Assembly (NCBI GenBank): GCA_900617105.1
Contig: UYFQ01000381.1
Location: forward strand, 1-64,000
DNA length: 64,000 nucleotides
Direction: 5' to 3'
Source of the DNA: Hydrurus foetidus
Lineage: Eukaryota
A program made the translations under genes and the position numbers. Positions within the stretch are counted from its first letter, which is position 1. Each line of letters begins with the position of its first letter. Positions 22,746-36,319 of this stretch are shown here, one piece after another. The notes under the pieces are model-generated. The model was not told where the DNA came from and ran no database searches. It worked only from the letters and a program-made list of their open reading frames with translations.

Positions 22746-25700
22746 ATGCCCCCTAAACGCGCTGTAGAAGCTCTCAAGAGTACAGAAGAGTGTACGCTTC
22801 AATACGGCAAACACAGCAACATAATCAAGTGGAGAGAACACATGCAGACGATAGTCACCGAACTATACGGAATCGTGGGGATGTTCTTCACCACTAACGA
22901 GAGATACGAACTTCCGAAAGCATCTCACAGGGATTACCCTTCAGATTCGTCATCGGAAAGTTCGGAATACGATACCGAAGAAGAGGAATCGGACGAGACA
23001 GACGCTGCAGTTCCTGCGAGGAGTGCAGCTGAAGTCGCAGCTAAAGCTGCGAGGGCCGCAGTGCGGCTGGCGAGCAGAGAAAGGAAACGCAAAGCATCGG
23101 AGAAATCGCGTGCGAAATTCAAAGAGGATGCGTTCATCCAGAGGAAGCGAGACCTCAAGACCCAACGCGAGAACGAACGTACGGTCTTCCCCATGATGTG
23201 GAAGCGTATGTCGCTTGTGTCACAGAGTAGGGTTAGGGAGGAAGAGGAGTACAAGACAGCATATCTCACATTGGACTGCGTTCTCCTGTGGACACTCATT
23301 CGAAGGACCCACCTGACTCATATGTTTGGTGCAGACGAGGCACTACAAGAATACAATCAGCACGAACAAGAGAATAAGTATTCGTCCATGAGACAAGGTG
23401 AGAGAGAACACCTAGTCACATTCAAGAACCGATTTGATGAACAGGTGGAGGCGAACATGTCCGTGGGGATCGCAGCGGTGTCCGACTCCAAACGTGCACT
23501 CGACTTCCTCGGCAAGCTAGACCCCGGAGGTTCAAAGTCATGATGGATGATATGAAGCATGACGCACTAAGGCGCAAACCGGATGCATTCCCCAGCACGC
23601 TAGCCTTAGCATTCCACATATCCAACCAATGGAACGAGGGAAACACTCCCGCACACACACCCGCGCCAGCACCGGCAGGGGTGAACGCAGCGTACGTTAC
23701 CGAAGAAGTACACGTCACCATGGCCAAGGATACCGAGAAGAAAGCAGGGAAAGCCGGAGGGGGAAGCAAGAAATCCTTGGAGGATGTTGAATGCTTCAAG
23801 TGCGAGAAGAAAGGTCACTACGCGAGGAACTGCCCTCTGAGAAAACCGTCAGTGGAAAAAGTCCACGTCACGGCGACGGAGTCGGATAGTGAATACGAAG
23901 GAGAGACTAGCGAATGGGGTATAGCGCTTGTCGCTACAGAAGAGATGTGCTGCTTTACGAAATTCGATGTACTACTAGACAATGAGGCGTCACTGAACAT
24001 ATTCAGTAACCTGGAGCTACTAACCGACGTGAGAAAGTCAGACAAGACTGTGAGAGTGAGTGGCATCGAGCAGGGTAGCGGCGTGTCGGTTGATCGAGAG
24101 GGAAACTTCGGAGAATTCGGAACGGTCTATTACAGCGGAGCAGCATCGGCGAATATCCTGTCGTTCGCATCACAGGTGGACTCGGGAGCCGAGATCAGAT
24201 ACGATCACGTGAGCGATTGCTTCACCCTGCAGCCGAAGGGGAGCACGAGGACATATCGATTCGGGAGGAAGCGTGTCGTCGGTAGTGAGGGAAGATTTTA
24301 CTCCTGTGATTGGAGAGAGGTTGATCACGATCGGGCATTAGTCACAACTGTAACCAAGAACCTGAAGTCGTTCACGAAACGCGAAGTGGAGCAGGCGAGA
24401 AGAGCTAGGGAGATGCTGGCGAGAATGGGATTCCCGACTGTAGAGCAAGCCATGTCGATCATCAACTGCGGGAGCAATTTCGATGTGACAGCAAGGGACT
24501 TTCAGATCGCCGACGCGATATGGGGGAAGGACATAGCCTCCCTGAAAGGAAAGACTACCAAGAGAGCTACTGCTATCGCCGACATAGCCATCAGCACAAA
24601 ACTCGTACAAAGGGATCAGGTGTTGTCGATCGACATTATGTATTTAGATAAATTAGCTATTCTAATCGGGGTGGCTACTCCACTGGGACTAACTATTGCA
24701 TATAGTCTAAACGCAGCTGATCTGAAGAAGCCAGCTAGGACAGCTGGGCAGGTGAAGATTGGAATCAACCATTTCATCGGCGTTCTCGCGGCGCAGAATT
24801 TCAGGACATCCGTGATCATGAGCGACGGAGAGGGAGCAGTGATCAGCCTTGTCGACGAGCTTGGGAAACTTGGAGTGGAGGTGGACATCAGCGGAGCCGG
24901 TGGACACGTCGCTAGGATCGAAAGAAAGATCAGGATTGTTAAAGAGAGAGTTCGCTGTCATGTAGCGTACCACCTTCCGTTCGTGTTGTCGACCGTGGGT
25001 ATCGCGATGCTCGTACTGTACTGTATATCTAGGCTGAACTATGAACCCACCGGTTTACGGGAACAGGGCCCCAGTCCGCGAGAGGCATTTATAGGCAGGA
25101 AACCAGACGGTAAGAGGGATTTTCGCTGTTCTTTCGGAGACTATGCACAGTGTACTGTCACTAATACCGACTCAGGCATGGAGAGCAGAACAGAAGACTG
25201 TGTGGTGATGCTCCCACTAGGGAACCGCACCGGGTCGGTGCGAATGTTATCTCTCAAAACAGGCAGACTAGTCAACCGAGATCAGTTCCGCATACTGCCG
25301 ATGCCGGAGTCAGTGATTAAGCGCCTTAACGAACTTGCGCTCGCTGATGGGAGAGCGAAAGGCAAGGGAGAGATATACGCTAAACCAACGTCATACGAGC
25401 AAGACAGCGGTGCAAAATCCGATCTCCCCGACACGATCAACAGCACTGTGAATGAAGGAGTCGACCCAGCGATACTTCCTCTCGACATCCATGACGACAC
25501 CGACCTCATTGACACGACAGGTGAGGTACAGTACGACAATGGGGGTGAACATGGACCGGGATGGCAACATGATGATGCAGCGGTGGACGATGTAGAACTG
25601 CATGGAGATATCGTTGAGTACCCACAGCCAGAACCACAGGAGCAGCCATACGGCTCCGACTACGAGATGGATAGTTTAGTCGACGACATGAATCGCATGC

Positions 25701-27595
25701 GTGCTGGACCGAGAGACTATGATGAAAAGGCTACTGAGAATATCGACTCGAGCGGAGTACCCATTGACTACACAGCGGGCGACAGCATAGACCATGACCA
25801 CAGAGGCCCCAAGAATGCACTAGACCGTGCGGAGAGATTGCTAGCAGCACCGAGAATTGTGCTTGAACGGGGAGTAGATAGACACGAGCTGATGGACTTC
25901 TTCAGAGTGAAGAGTGGGACAGCACTGCTAACCCGCAGCTACGAAGGGGACGGTACGGAGTGGGGTGATTACGTGTTCAACATATCAGTCAACGAGGCGC
26001 TGCGCACAAGGGGTGACGCGGCGGTGAGCGTTATACAGAAAGAGCTCCAGCAAATGATAGACAAGAAGGTGTGGGAACCAGTGTGCGTGAAGGGATTGTC
26101 GATGGAAGAGAAACATAGGATCATCAGGTCGAGTATGTTCCTGAAAGAGAAGTTCCTAGCGAGCGGAGATTTTGAGAAACTAAAAGCGCGACTTGTCGCA
26201 GGAGGTAACCAACAAGATCGTGACCTATATGATGACTTATCTGCACCCACAGTGGCCACCAGCTCGGTGTTCGCGCTACTGAGCATAGCGGGACATGAGG
26301 CGCGGAGGATCACGGTGATCGATATCAGCGGAGCGTTTTTGAACGCGGACATGACAACCGGACTCGCGGTGCACATGCGATTGGATAGGAATATGACGAG
26401 CATTATGACACGGCTGTGTCCGCGGTACTCGCAGTTCGTGGACCATAAGGGGTGTGTCGTGGTGAGGCTTGACAAAGCCCTGTATGGGTGTGTGGAGTCG
26501 GCAGCCCTGTGGTACGAAAACCTGAGAGGAGGACTGTCGGACATGGGATATATACCAAACGCGCACGACATGTGTGTCTTCAACAAGAGCGACGAATATG
26601 GCGTGCAGTGTACCATTGCTGTGCACGTCGATGACCTCATGATCACGAGTGTCAATGGGGCGATGATTGAAGAGGTGGCGAACGGATTGATAAAGAGGTA
26701 TGGCGATATCACCAGGAAGGATGGCCCTGTAGTGAACTATCTAGGTATGGTATTCGACCTTTCAATCGTAGGTGTTGCCAGAGTGTCAATGACCGGGTAT
26801 GTCGAGGACATGCTGAAGGAGAGCGGGACAATAGGGGGTGCAAGGACACCGGCCACAGAGGGGCTATTCGACACGAGGGATGATGCCGAACCAACAAGCG
26901 AAGAGGACCGAGTCAGGTTCCACCGCCTGGTGGCCAAGGGTCTGTACCTCGGGAAGCGTGCGAGGCCCGACTGTATGACCGCTTTGGCATTTCTCGCGAC
27001 CCGAGTGACGAGATGCACAGCGGACGACCTGTTGAAGCTGGAGCGGCTGCTCAAGTACATCAATGCGACGAAGGACAGAGGGATAGTATTCGCACCGGGG
27101 AAGCAGGGGATCAGTGTTAGCGTGCTGATAGATGCAGCGTACGGAGTACATCCGGACGGCAAGTCCCATACCGGAAGCTGTGTGGTGGTAGGAGAGCTGG
27201 GCGCGGTGCACTCGAAGTCAGCGAAGCAGCAAATTGTGACCAAGTCGAGCACGGAGGCGGAGCTGGTTGCCCTTTCTGATTCAACTAACCAAGCATTACA
27301 CATGAGACAATTTATCATAGGGCAAGGACATGCGTGCGGGCCGGTGACGGTGTACCAAGACAACATGTCTTGCATGGCTCTGATCGAGAGAGGGCGGTCA
27401 GCGGCGGAGCGCACGCGGCACATAGCGATCAAGTACTTCTGGCTCAAGGAGCGGGTGGACCAAGGCGAGGCGAGAGTGCGGCACCTGGGGACTAAACACA
27501 TGTATGCGAACCTACTGACCAAGCCGCTGCAGGGAGCACAGTTCAAGTCAGAGAGACAGGCCCTTACCGGATGGGACAAAGAGATAGTAGTTTAG
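22746..27595 (+). CDS. Copia-2 Gag-Pol polyprotein (single apparent 1-nt deletion in a C-run at about 23525)
   Basis: The 265-aa and 1351-aa ORFs join where Copia-1 reads LDPRRF; knuckle, PR, IN, RT (HVDD) and RNase H (ANLLTKPL) all present. Confidence 0.93.
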
Positions 27596-27662
27596 ACAAC
27601 GTTTAATTAAAGACTTATGCATGATGCGTGAATAGAGTTGATTGTGATGCGGCATAGGGGTG

Positions 27663-28001
27663 TGTTGGAGATATCCGAGTTTATGGCACGAACACAATCA
27701 GTGTACTTATGCATTCGTACGGTCGTACGGATTATTATGTGTGTGTGTGTGTGTGTGCGTACGTGCGTGGCGACGATGGATGGATCCGTGCATCGCCACT
27801 GAATACTTCAACTGTAGTGTTTGACTGAATGTTGTTGTTGCGTTGAAAGGGACTCGGGGACTTCAGCAGGGATGAAGCACAGTCAATTAACAAGTGATTA
27901 CTGATTAAACCAAGCTTATTTCACGAGCCCTGACCGAGAGATCTTCAACAGCTGTACCGCGAGAGGCAGTACGTGACTGCGAAACCGAAGATCCGTCAAC
28001 A
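27663..28001 (+). repeat. 3' LTR of Copia-2 (339 bp, contains (TG)10)
   Basis: TGTTG...CAACA, preceded by purine-rich GGCATAGGGGTG. Confidence 0.96.
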
Positions 28002-28091
28002 AGATACACACATTGGCGGAAATAATGAAGAAATAACGCGGTTCCGGTATAATATTCCGGTACACCCAACATTTTGACGTCATGTTACATG

Positions 28092-28348
28092 CGAAACATA
28101 CAAAAAACGAAACCTCAATCCTCGAATCCTCAAAACACGGGTTTCCAGAATTCCTCAAATCGGTGAAACCGAACCAGCCACTTTTTCGTAATTTTGAGTT
28201 TTGAGGTTTTCAAATTCCTCGTTTTGAAGCCCTCGGATCGAGGAATTCAAAACGAGGAATCCAAAAAAACACGAGGTCTTGGGTCCAAAAGGGCCGAGGA
28301 TTTTCGGAAAACCCGTGTTTTGAGGATTTTTTATTTTGTATGTTTCGA
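28092..28348. repeat. Degenerate inverted repeat, probable old MITE
   Basis: CGAAACATACAAAA...ATCCTCAAAACACGGGTTT versus AAACCCGTGTTTTGAGGAT...TTTTGTATGTTTCG. Confidence 0.55.
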
Positions 28349-29717
28349 CTGTAAGGTATTGAAAAACGAATTACCCACTGGAAAATACCCACACTAACTA
28401 TCACTAATCATGCATGACAGAGTGGGGTTTACGGCAAAGGGTTTCCGGATTCCGAACACAAATTATTATGCGCTTATTTCACTTGTGTTGGACTTAAATG
28501 TCTCTCGTGTTTCAAGCGTGTTGGGATTTCACGTGATAGCGCCATAAGGTAATTTTTTTTAATCTAATAATTTCGTAAGAACATCGTCAATATGGAAATA
28601 TCTCAAATATCTTCCGCAGATGCACGAGTGACAAAATATTTAGAGCTCAAGAAAAGTTTAAGATGAAGTAACAAGCACAGAATCATCTCTTCAGCGTTAC
28701 ATGCATATGGACATTTTGTTATCAACCGGTTGTTACGACAGTTATGTTTACAGATACTTATTGAATTTTTTTCAGGAACGCGAACCGCTCACTCAATTCG
28801 GCTCCATCTCCTGCTTTTTGAGGTTACTTAGAATGACAGGAATTGGTTTCAATATGCTGCTTGGGAGAACCCCGAAGTCGTCCAGTTGAGTCTATGTTAA
28901 AATTTCTTATGTTCTAGTGATACATGCGTGTCCATGTATTCTACTGTACAGTTGGAAGCTCCTGTAGTCGACAAAAGTCCCACGAGAAGAAGAAAAGTTG
29001 GTGTAGATAAAACCGGATAAATTCTTGGAATTACCGGATAAATACACTGTGGGCCCTCTGTTTTAGAAGCCCACAATGTACCCTTTAAATGGGACGTCTT
29101 GATTTTCCACCATACTACTCCCACGAGATTTGCCACCAGTCAAATTTGCCCTCTATTAACTTTTCCCAGAGGTTGAAATAAAGAATTTCAACCAAATGGA
29201 ATTCTTCCTTTACCATAAACGAACACATGTGTGTGGTTGGAAATCCTATTTTGAATGAAGTGAAGTGTGTGATACAGCTGGCGTTTCCCCATATACAATT
29301 GTCGAGTATAGGAGCTTCCTACTGTGCACATTACACGTGTGAACAGGAATAAAGGATCTCATCTTTATCCGGAAATCACAACGGTAGCCTATCACGCATC
29401 ACACACAGTGTCGTGTGTCGCAGTCGCAGTGGGACACAGCGAAGGTCTCCATCGAGCCTAATTCTTGCTATTTGGCTGAACTGAGGTATTACAAACTCTC
29501 ACAAGGCACTTTTTACCTTCCCTGTGAGGCTGTCTTGTATTTGGTGGGCGTCGTGAAGGCAACAATTGTTGCTTCGATTTCGAAGTGACAGTGTGTGACT
29601 TCGAATTTTCTTGAAGCGGCGAGGAGGAGTTTTCCGCAAAGCTTCCCCTTCGAGGAACATATCAACTGAACATCTTTCAGACCTCCAAGGACAGTGATTT
29701 TAAGAACAATTACTGAT

Positions 29718-29964
29718 ATGATTGGGACGACCGTATACAGCTCTGCAATATGCATATTGCAGATGTTTCTGCTTTGCACCTGGAATTGTACTGGTGAAAT
29801 TACTTCAATCGGAAAGAAATCAATTAAATTTGTCGACTTCCTTGCAAAACATCAGCAAAACAGTCATTCCATCTATGACTATGGAGACAACAGAGTGTAT
29901 GAGGTCGTTTCATCGCGTGACGTAGTAAATGATGACTCAGCTCAAACGTACGACCAGGAGCAGC

Positions 29965-29995
<31 letters not shown>

Positions 29996-30575
29996 GTTTC
30001 AGCAGCACTATGCCGGCAAGTATAATGGAGCTGCAGCATCGGGCCAGCAGCAGCTGCCCCAGCAACTTAATCCACTTCTTAAACAGGCTGGCACTGTATC
30101 TATTTGCATTCTTTTCATACTGCTGATTTGGAGATCTCTCGCGGCCTATGAACTTGCTGATCAATTTAATTCAGGTTCATTGCGGATATTAGCTGTTTCT
30201 CCTACGGTTCTTATTCTTTGCTGCAATCTCATGGGATTTGTCATCAATGTGATGAGGCCGTACAACTTCAAAAACTTTTTAAAATTCATTTTGGCTCTGA
30301 ACATAACTCGCGAATTCGTGGAACTGTTGTACAATGTAGTGATGCTCGTAGCCAACACATCCACATCTGGTATTTCTAGAGACGTTTATTTTGGGAGATT
30401 TTTCATGAATGTCTGGTGGCTTTCTCTTTGTGGCACCTTTAGTAAAAGTCGTTGGGTTTTGCAGATCGCATCGCCTGTACCGGACAACGTTAGAACGAAC
30501 GCTTACCAGCAGCAATCACAGCCGCAGCAGCGTACTTATCAACCAGCCTCAGATAGAAATCAGAGGTATAATTGA
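29718..30575 (+). CDS. Hypothetical multi-pass membrane protein with signal peptide and polyQ (CAA repeat)
   Basis: Long ORF with a hydrophobic N-terminus, about 4 TM segments and Q-rich tracts. Confidence 0.75.
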
Positions 30576-31142
30576 CTCCAGCGATGATAAGATAACTTAA
30601 AGAATCAATAAAGATGTGTCTATTTAGTTGAAGATGAAATACGGAAGTGAGCGTAAATGCTATGAAGACATCAGGCACATGATACTTCAGAGATCTTGCA
30701 GCTGTAGAGGTGCTGATTTTGTCAACTAAGTGGATTACACACATCTACTAGTAGGAGAACAAATGATGAAGGATGCGTCGTCTATTGGTACGATCAACCA
30801 GTACAAACGGTCCAAGAATGCCTAGTTTACTGGTTTCAATCAAACTCCGTGCACACAGCACAACGAATCATAATTTTTCTCGAGGTGTAGTGTGTACAGA
30901 CAACAGTTTGACATGTTTGGATTAAGGCATATCGGTCCAGCAAGTTTTAGTTTCATCACTACATCAAAAGAAATTACACACATGTATGAAGAATGAGAGA
31001 GTAATTCACCTCTGCTGACTTGCATTTTAAGATGGTTTGACGGTGTACAGTGACACCCCTTGCGGAAATTGTAAACTCTCCCAGTAATGCAGAATACAAT
31101 TTGTTGTCACGCACACAGTATGAACCTTATTCTCTTCATATT

Positions 31143-32279
31143 TTATCTACGCTGCGGCCGACCAGAAGCTGTTTGAGCGACGCCTCTCTCTTGTCCCCCT
31201 TTTGAGCTAGCTTGATATGTCGGAGATACTTTGCCGTGAAGCCGTTGCATACGCAAAGTTGGATTTAAGATCGGGTTCTCGCGTAAATTAGTGTTGTTGT
31301 ATCCCATCTCCTTGAATAAAATGGCCGCCAGCAGAAGATGACCTGCCTCATTCATGTGAATGCCGTCATAGGTGAGGATGGAACTAGACATATTGTCCTC
31401 GTTGTTCTCCTCTAAAAAAATGAGCATTTGATGCCTTATATCAACAAAAAGGAGTCCTCGTTCCTCTGCAATATCACGCACTACTGCCGAATATTCCTCG
31501 AGAAGCTCGTCCTTCTCATTCGTGCCATCAAATTTATCCCCTGCGAAGCGATTAGGACGAGTTTAGAAAAGCGGGTCATCTTAATCTTTACGTTGAAACA
31601 TTTAATACAAGGATATATCGAGTACCTATCAGAGTAGGCGTGCAGAGTACTATAGAAAGATTCAATTCGTTTTGGAAAATATCTCGCTGCATACTGAAAA
31701 CAATCTCTTCCAAGTCGATTCGGTATGACCCGACAATTGTGGACGTAGGAGAATCCTTTAAATTGTTCAACCCATCAATCCCTGATTAGTTATAGGAGTA
31801 GTTCTAAGAGTTGGTGGCAAAGGGAAACAACGATTTGGATCCAAGTCTGAGGTTTCAGTCTAGATAATTTCCTAGGGGCAAAAGTTACCGGTCATGATGA
31901 ATGCCGTTGATTTCTCTCGCGGAGAGGACAATAATTTCAGGCGGACAGAGTTATTCGTTATCATCAGGTCTTTTATATCAGCAGGTAGGATTGAGATATC
32001 TGCAGCTATTGAATTGTGAACTTTTTTTAGCATAGATTTGTTCAGATATTTAGACTAATGAACCTCAAAAGAAGTACCCCTGTTGATGGCGCGTAGCTCT
32101 CGTCGGAGAATATTCGCGAATCCATAAGTCATAGCATCCCCGTAGAGGATTTGAGAGTCTCCAATGAACAAGAAAAAATCCGATATCTCCTTCATATCTG
32201 ACGGCACTCCCTTGGAAATTGTCAAAACCGCGAATCCACATAGAGCTCCTAGGAATATAATGACGTTCGAGAGTCTCAT
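31143..32279 (-). CDS. Secreted SGNH/GDSL-type hydrolase (multi-exon)
   Basis: Signal peptide MRLSNVIIFLG.., block I FIGDSQ, block V DGIHMNEAGH, intervening exon ORFs. Confidence 0.8.
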
Positions 32280-32734
32280 GACCGACACAAGTTTGCAACC
32301 GAAGGCCTCACGCAGCGAATCTCGAAGCAGTGAAGCATCATAACGGTAAGATAGACAGCTTTTCAACAGTCTCTTCTGCAATAATTCTTCAGTTTCTTTT
32401 CTCAGCTGGTTCAAGTTGGTCACACTGAAATGGAATATATTTATCCAAAATCAGAATTTAATTATTACGATCAAATTCCGGTAAATCCGTTCAAAAAAAT
32501 CCGTACTTTCCGCGATTAAATTCTCGGCATGCTCGCTCAATTTTTGGGAGACTTCTTCAAAATAATTTCCATTAGAATCATCACCTGAATTGAGGTATAC
32601 GCATCAAATGTTTTTCATTTCCCATGAAAATCTGGCGATATCCATCAATTTTACATTCTCTACGTGCATGTGTAGTAGTCGACCACCAGTATGCATCTAA
32701 GACAGCCGTCGTTCCCTGTGGAAGGCAGTTTGCG

Positions 32735-35700
32735 ATGATGTTTCTTGCAGAGATTGCATTGGGTGAAGAAACTGGATTCGACGATGAAGACATTTCTGAA
32801 CCATCATCTCCTCAATCAGCCATAGAGGAAAATGGGGATGATGTAGGAGATCCATCTCAATCCAACCGACGGTTTCGTGGGACAGGAGCAATTTGGAGTG
32901 ACTGTTTGGACGAATTGGGAAACGATTTCATTAGTTACAGTAGTTTGGATGAAGTCCAAAAAGATGCTGCTGAGTCAAACTACTCTAAGATAGGTTCATC
33001 GTCAACTGATGTTCACACTTTTGTGTGTCGCATCAAGGGTTGCTATTACAAAAAGAAGTACCGGAGACTGGGAGATTCTGGATCGTTTGTGTCTTACTCT
33101 ACCGGCGACAATACTCATCCCACCTCTGAGATATTGAGTGATCAGCGTGGTCTATCGGGTGAACAAAAGCTGATCATTGAGCAAGCCTTTGCTGAGGATC
33201 GGAAATCTTCCCGAGATATTCTTGCTTTTTTTCGCTCCAAGAGGTCCCTATCCGATGAATCAATGAAGGCGTCTTTCCCACCGGATCCGGAGATCTCAAA
33301 ACTCAATAACTACATTCAAGCATTCAAGAAAAGGAAGTCGTCGAAGTACAATCCTACTCCTAACGACTTAGAGGAGTGGTGCATTGGACATGGTCCATCG
33401 ACGGTCAATGCAGAAGATGAAGGGACTTTTAACACTCCTTTTGTGCTTAATTACATGTTGGTGAGAATAAAAGATCTAACTTTATGATATGACTACATTA
33501 TACAACAATTCCTCAAATTCTGAACCTTTTTTCTTATTCACTAGGATACATCGGTAGCTCTGAAACCTCGTTTCATTGCTGTCATATCTAGCTATAGGCT
33601 GCTCTATCATGGTATTGATTCTTCATCACCTACAGCAGACGTTCGCAACTGTCTACAAGCTGATGGAACGCACAAAACAAACTCACATGGCTATCCGACC
33701 ATCATCGTTGGTAAATTCAGTAAAACTGTTGAGCTAATATAAATGCACTTTATATAAGTTGTACATTTTGTGTACAACTAATCTTAACATATCATATCAT
33801 TTCAGGTGTCTCAGATATGGCGAGAGTATTTCATCCATTGGCTATTTCAATGAGCACGAATGAGGACGCAATGATGTTCCAGTTTATAGGTAATATATAT
33901 TTTATTATAGTTATCTATATTTTTTCTAATTTTAATATTCTTATATTATTCAGGTGACTCTTTGGTTAAATACATTCCCAACTTCTTACCATCGAAATTA
34001 ATGAGCGATGCAGCTCCTGCTATCTTCAACGGCCTATCAATGGCATATCCTAACATTATAAATGGAAGGTGTTACTTTCATATGATGCAATGTATGAAAA
34101 ATCGCCATTACACGGACGAGAATTCAAAAAAGTTGTTCTTAAATGATTTAAGATCTTTATCAAAGTCTCATTGTCAGGAGCATTTTGATGTGTCAGTAAA
34201 TCTATTTTTAGACAAGTACCGTGATCATCAGGACGAACACATTAAGTTAGCGAGAGATTACCTTGAGAAGTTTTGGCTGCTGGACAGGAACAGAGGATGG
34301 CATTCTGGACTTGTACCTGGGACGGTAACATCGAATAATGGGCTTGAAGTTACAAATAGAGTATTCAAGAAAAATTTCAAAGGTTAGGCTTGATGAATAA
34401 GACAACTCATTTCATTATTATGTCCTAAACAATATTGTTGTAATAAATTGTTACTCTTAGGTGATTTAGTCAGCGGAACCGAATGTTTAGATTACACTTG
34501 TGTGTATCTACAAAATGAGTCAATATCAAGAACACGGGGGGATGTTAATTATAAAGAATACTCAATGTCAGCTAAAAAAGCTAAAGATATAATGAGGCTA
34601 GCGAAGTCGTTGGTAGAGACACACAATCTAACAAAAATACGTCCGTCAACAGTAAGGCGACAATATGTAATAATGAGAGATAATGAGATATTGAGCGATG
34701 ACAGCGCAGTTGGAATTATTAATTGTAGCAATTACAACAGATTTAAGAGTTGGGATGAGAGGGAGAGGTATCAGAAAAATGTAAGAATTATTAGTCCAGT
34801 TTCAGATGACAGGAAAGCAAATAGTCATAGCGGATATAGATGCACATGTCAAACTTATATGGATGAATACGAATGTGAACATGCGATGGCAATTTCTATT
34901 GCGAAAAATGAATTATCACAATCAATTATCATGCATATGCCGTTGGGGTTAAAGAGAGGTCCTGGACGACCAGTCAAAGCAGTGAAAGGAGCTCTAAATC
35001 CACAGATTAAAGTAAACAAAAAAAAATCAAAAATTGAGCTTTCAGATACCACAACTACACAAGGTAATGCTTTACAGTTATCATTTACTTGTTTTCCTAA
35101 ATTAACTCTGAAAAATTTACCATACATTTCATTAGGAAACGGTGATGCAATCACCATCGATTCGGAAAAGAGGTTGATATTAAAAGGTTTTGTATGGCAT
35201 AATATGTCATGTTCGTACGATGCATTATTCACAACGTTATGGATAATATATTTCTTAGGTCGAGACGAAATTAGAAAAACTTTCGATTCTACCCTACCTC
35301 TTATGGCAAAAATGTACAGAGAAATGATAGGCAATACATTGACATTCAAAGAGGCCAATGATCGAATTAGGGATACTTACTTTATTTCTACTCCAATCGT
35401 TGATTTCCGCCGAGGTGTGTTTCAAGGCGTATCGGACATAACCAGCCATCTGCTTCTGCAATGCGTCTTATCTGTTGACGAAAATGAGAAAGATTGTTTT
35501 ACATTTCAGTACAATTGCATTAAAAAATGTACAAATACATTGTGCATTGACATCTCGAAAGAAAGAACATCTGAATGTGCGTTACGTTGTTTATTTTTCG
35601 GTGTTGATGTTGATACGACAAAAACTGTGACACAAATGATTATCCAGTATTTTTCATTAGAAAACAGAAATTTCCGTTGTCATGTATGCAGTCATCAGAT

Positions 35701-36037
35701 GGTATACACAAAAATTTTAGTATCATGTCCATTGATATTATGCATATGTTTCAATGGTACCAATGTATTAAGTGAATTCGAAAAAGTAGTAGTGATCAAA
35801 AATGAAACATACGACTTCGTATCAGCATTATATCTTCTGGGACAACACTTCAGAACTAGATTTAATATTAGCAATAAAGCATACGAATACGACGGGATGC
35901 TTAATGGTGGTGTTTTGAAAGAGATAAATTCCGAAAATGCTTTCTGTGGTACCATATTTAATGTAGATAAAACAGTAATGATGGTAGCTATGTCAATCTA
36001 TTATGTAAAGAGAGATGGCAATGAGTTGTACGTATAA
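32735..36037 (+). CDS. MULE/Mutator transposase with SWIM finger, AT-hook and C-terminal USP-like cysteine-protease domain; exons about 32735-33460, 33545-33710, 33806-33889, 33954-34382, 34461-35063, 35136-36037
   Basis: ADGTHKTN..GYP, MSDAAPAI, CYFH and TSNNGLEVTN (DDE); CTC..YECEH SWIM; KRGPGRP; WHNMSCSYDA...HF...YEYDGM; GT-AG introns link the ORFs. Confidence 0.88.
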
Positions 36038-36319
36038 TTTAGGCATTCAAATAAGTAAAGCAGTCAGCAAGAATAAAAAGGAATGTAAATAATCGAGTTC
36101 ATATTAAGTAGATAAATTTTGCCATAGCGATATCATCGTGTAGTAATAAATTGAAATGTATTTTAATCTAAATAAATAGAGAATCTTTCGATCATAAGAT
36201 GAACATATTAAACCAAGAAAATTGCAGCCGCATTGATGATAAAGGAGAGAGATCAATACGGAAGGTATGATGAGATAGTGACAGAAGATATGATGAGATA
36301 GTAACCAAGATGTAATGAG

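Larger units (their letters stand above)
20648..28001 (+). mobile_element. Full-length young Ty1/Copia element (Copia-2, CoDi-like); 5' LTR interrupted by a DNA transposon
   Basis: 5-bp TSD AGATA (20643-20647 and 28002-28006); 5' LTR = 20648-20659 plus 22390-22720; 3' LTR = 27663-28001; the LTRs are identical by eye. Confidence 0.97.

Noticed and set aside
25969..27579. Long antisense ORFs over Copia RT/RNase H (also 5148-6371)
   Set aside because: Shadow ORFs from GC-rich codon usage of the sense gene; no recognisable motifs.
32400..32620. Left TIR of the MULE
   Set aside because: No inverted partner or TSD is visible in the window, so the boundary cannot be called.
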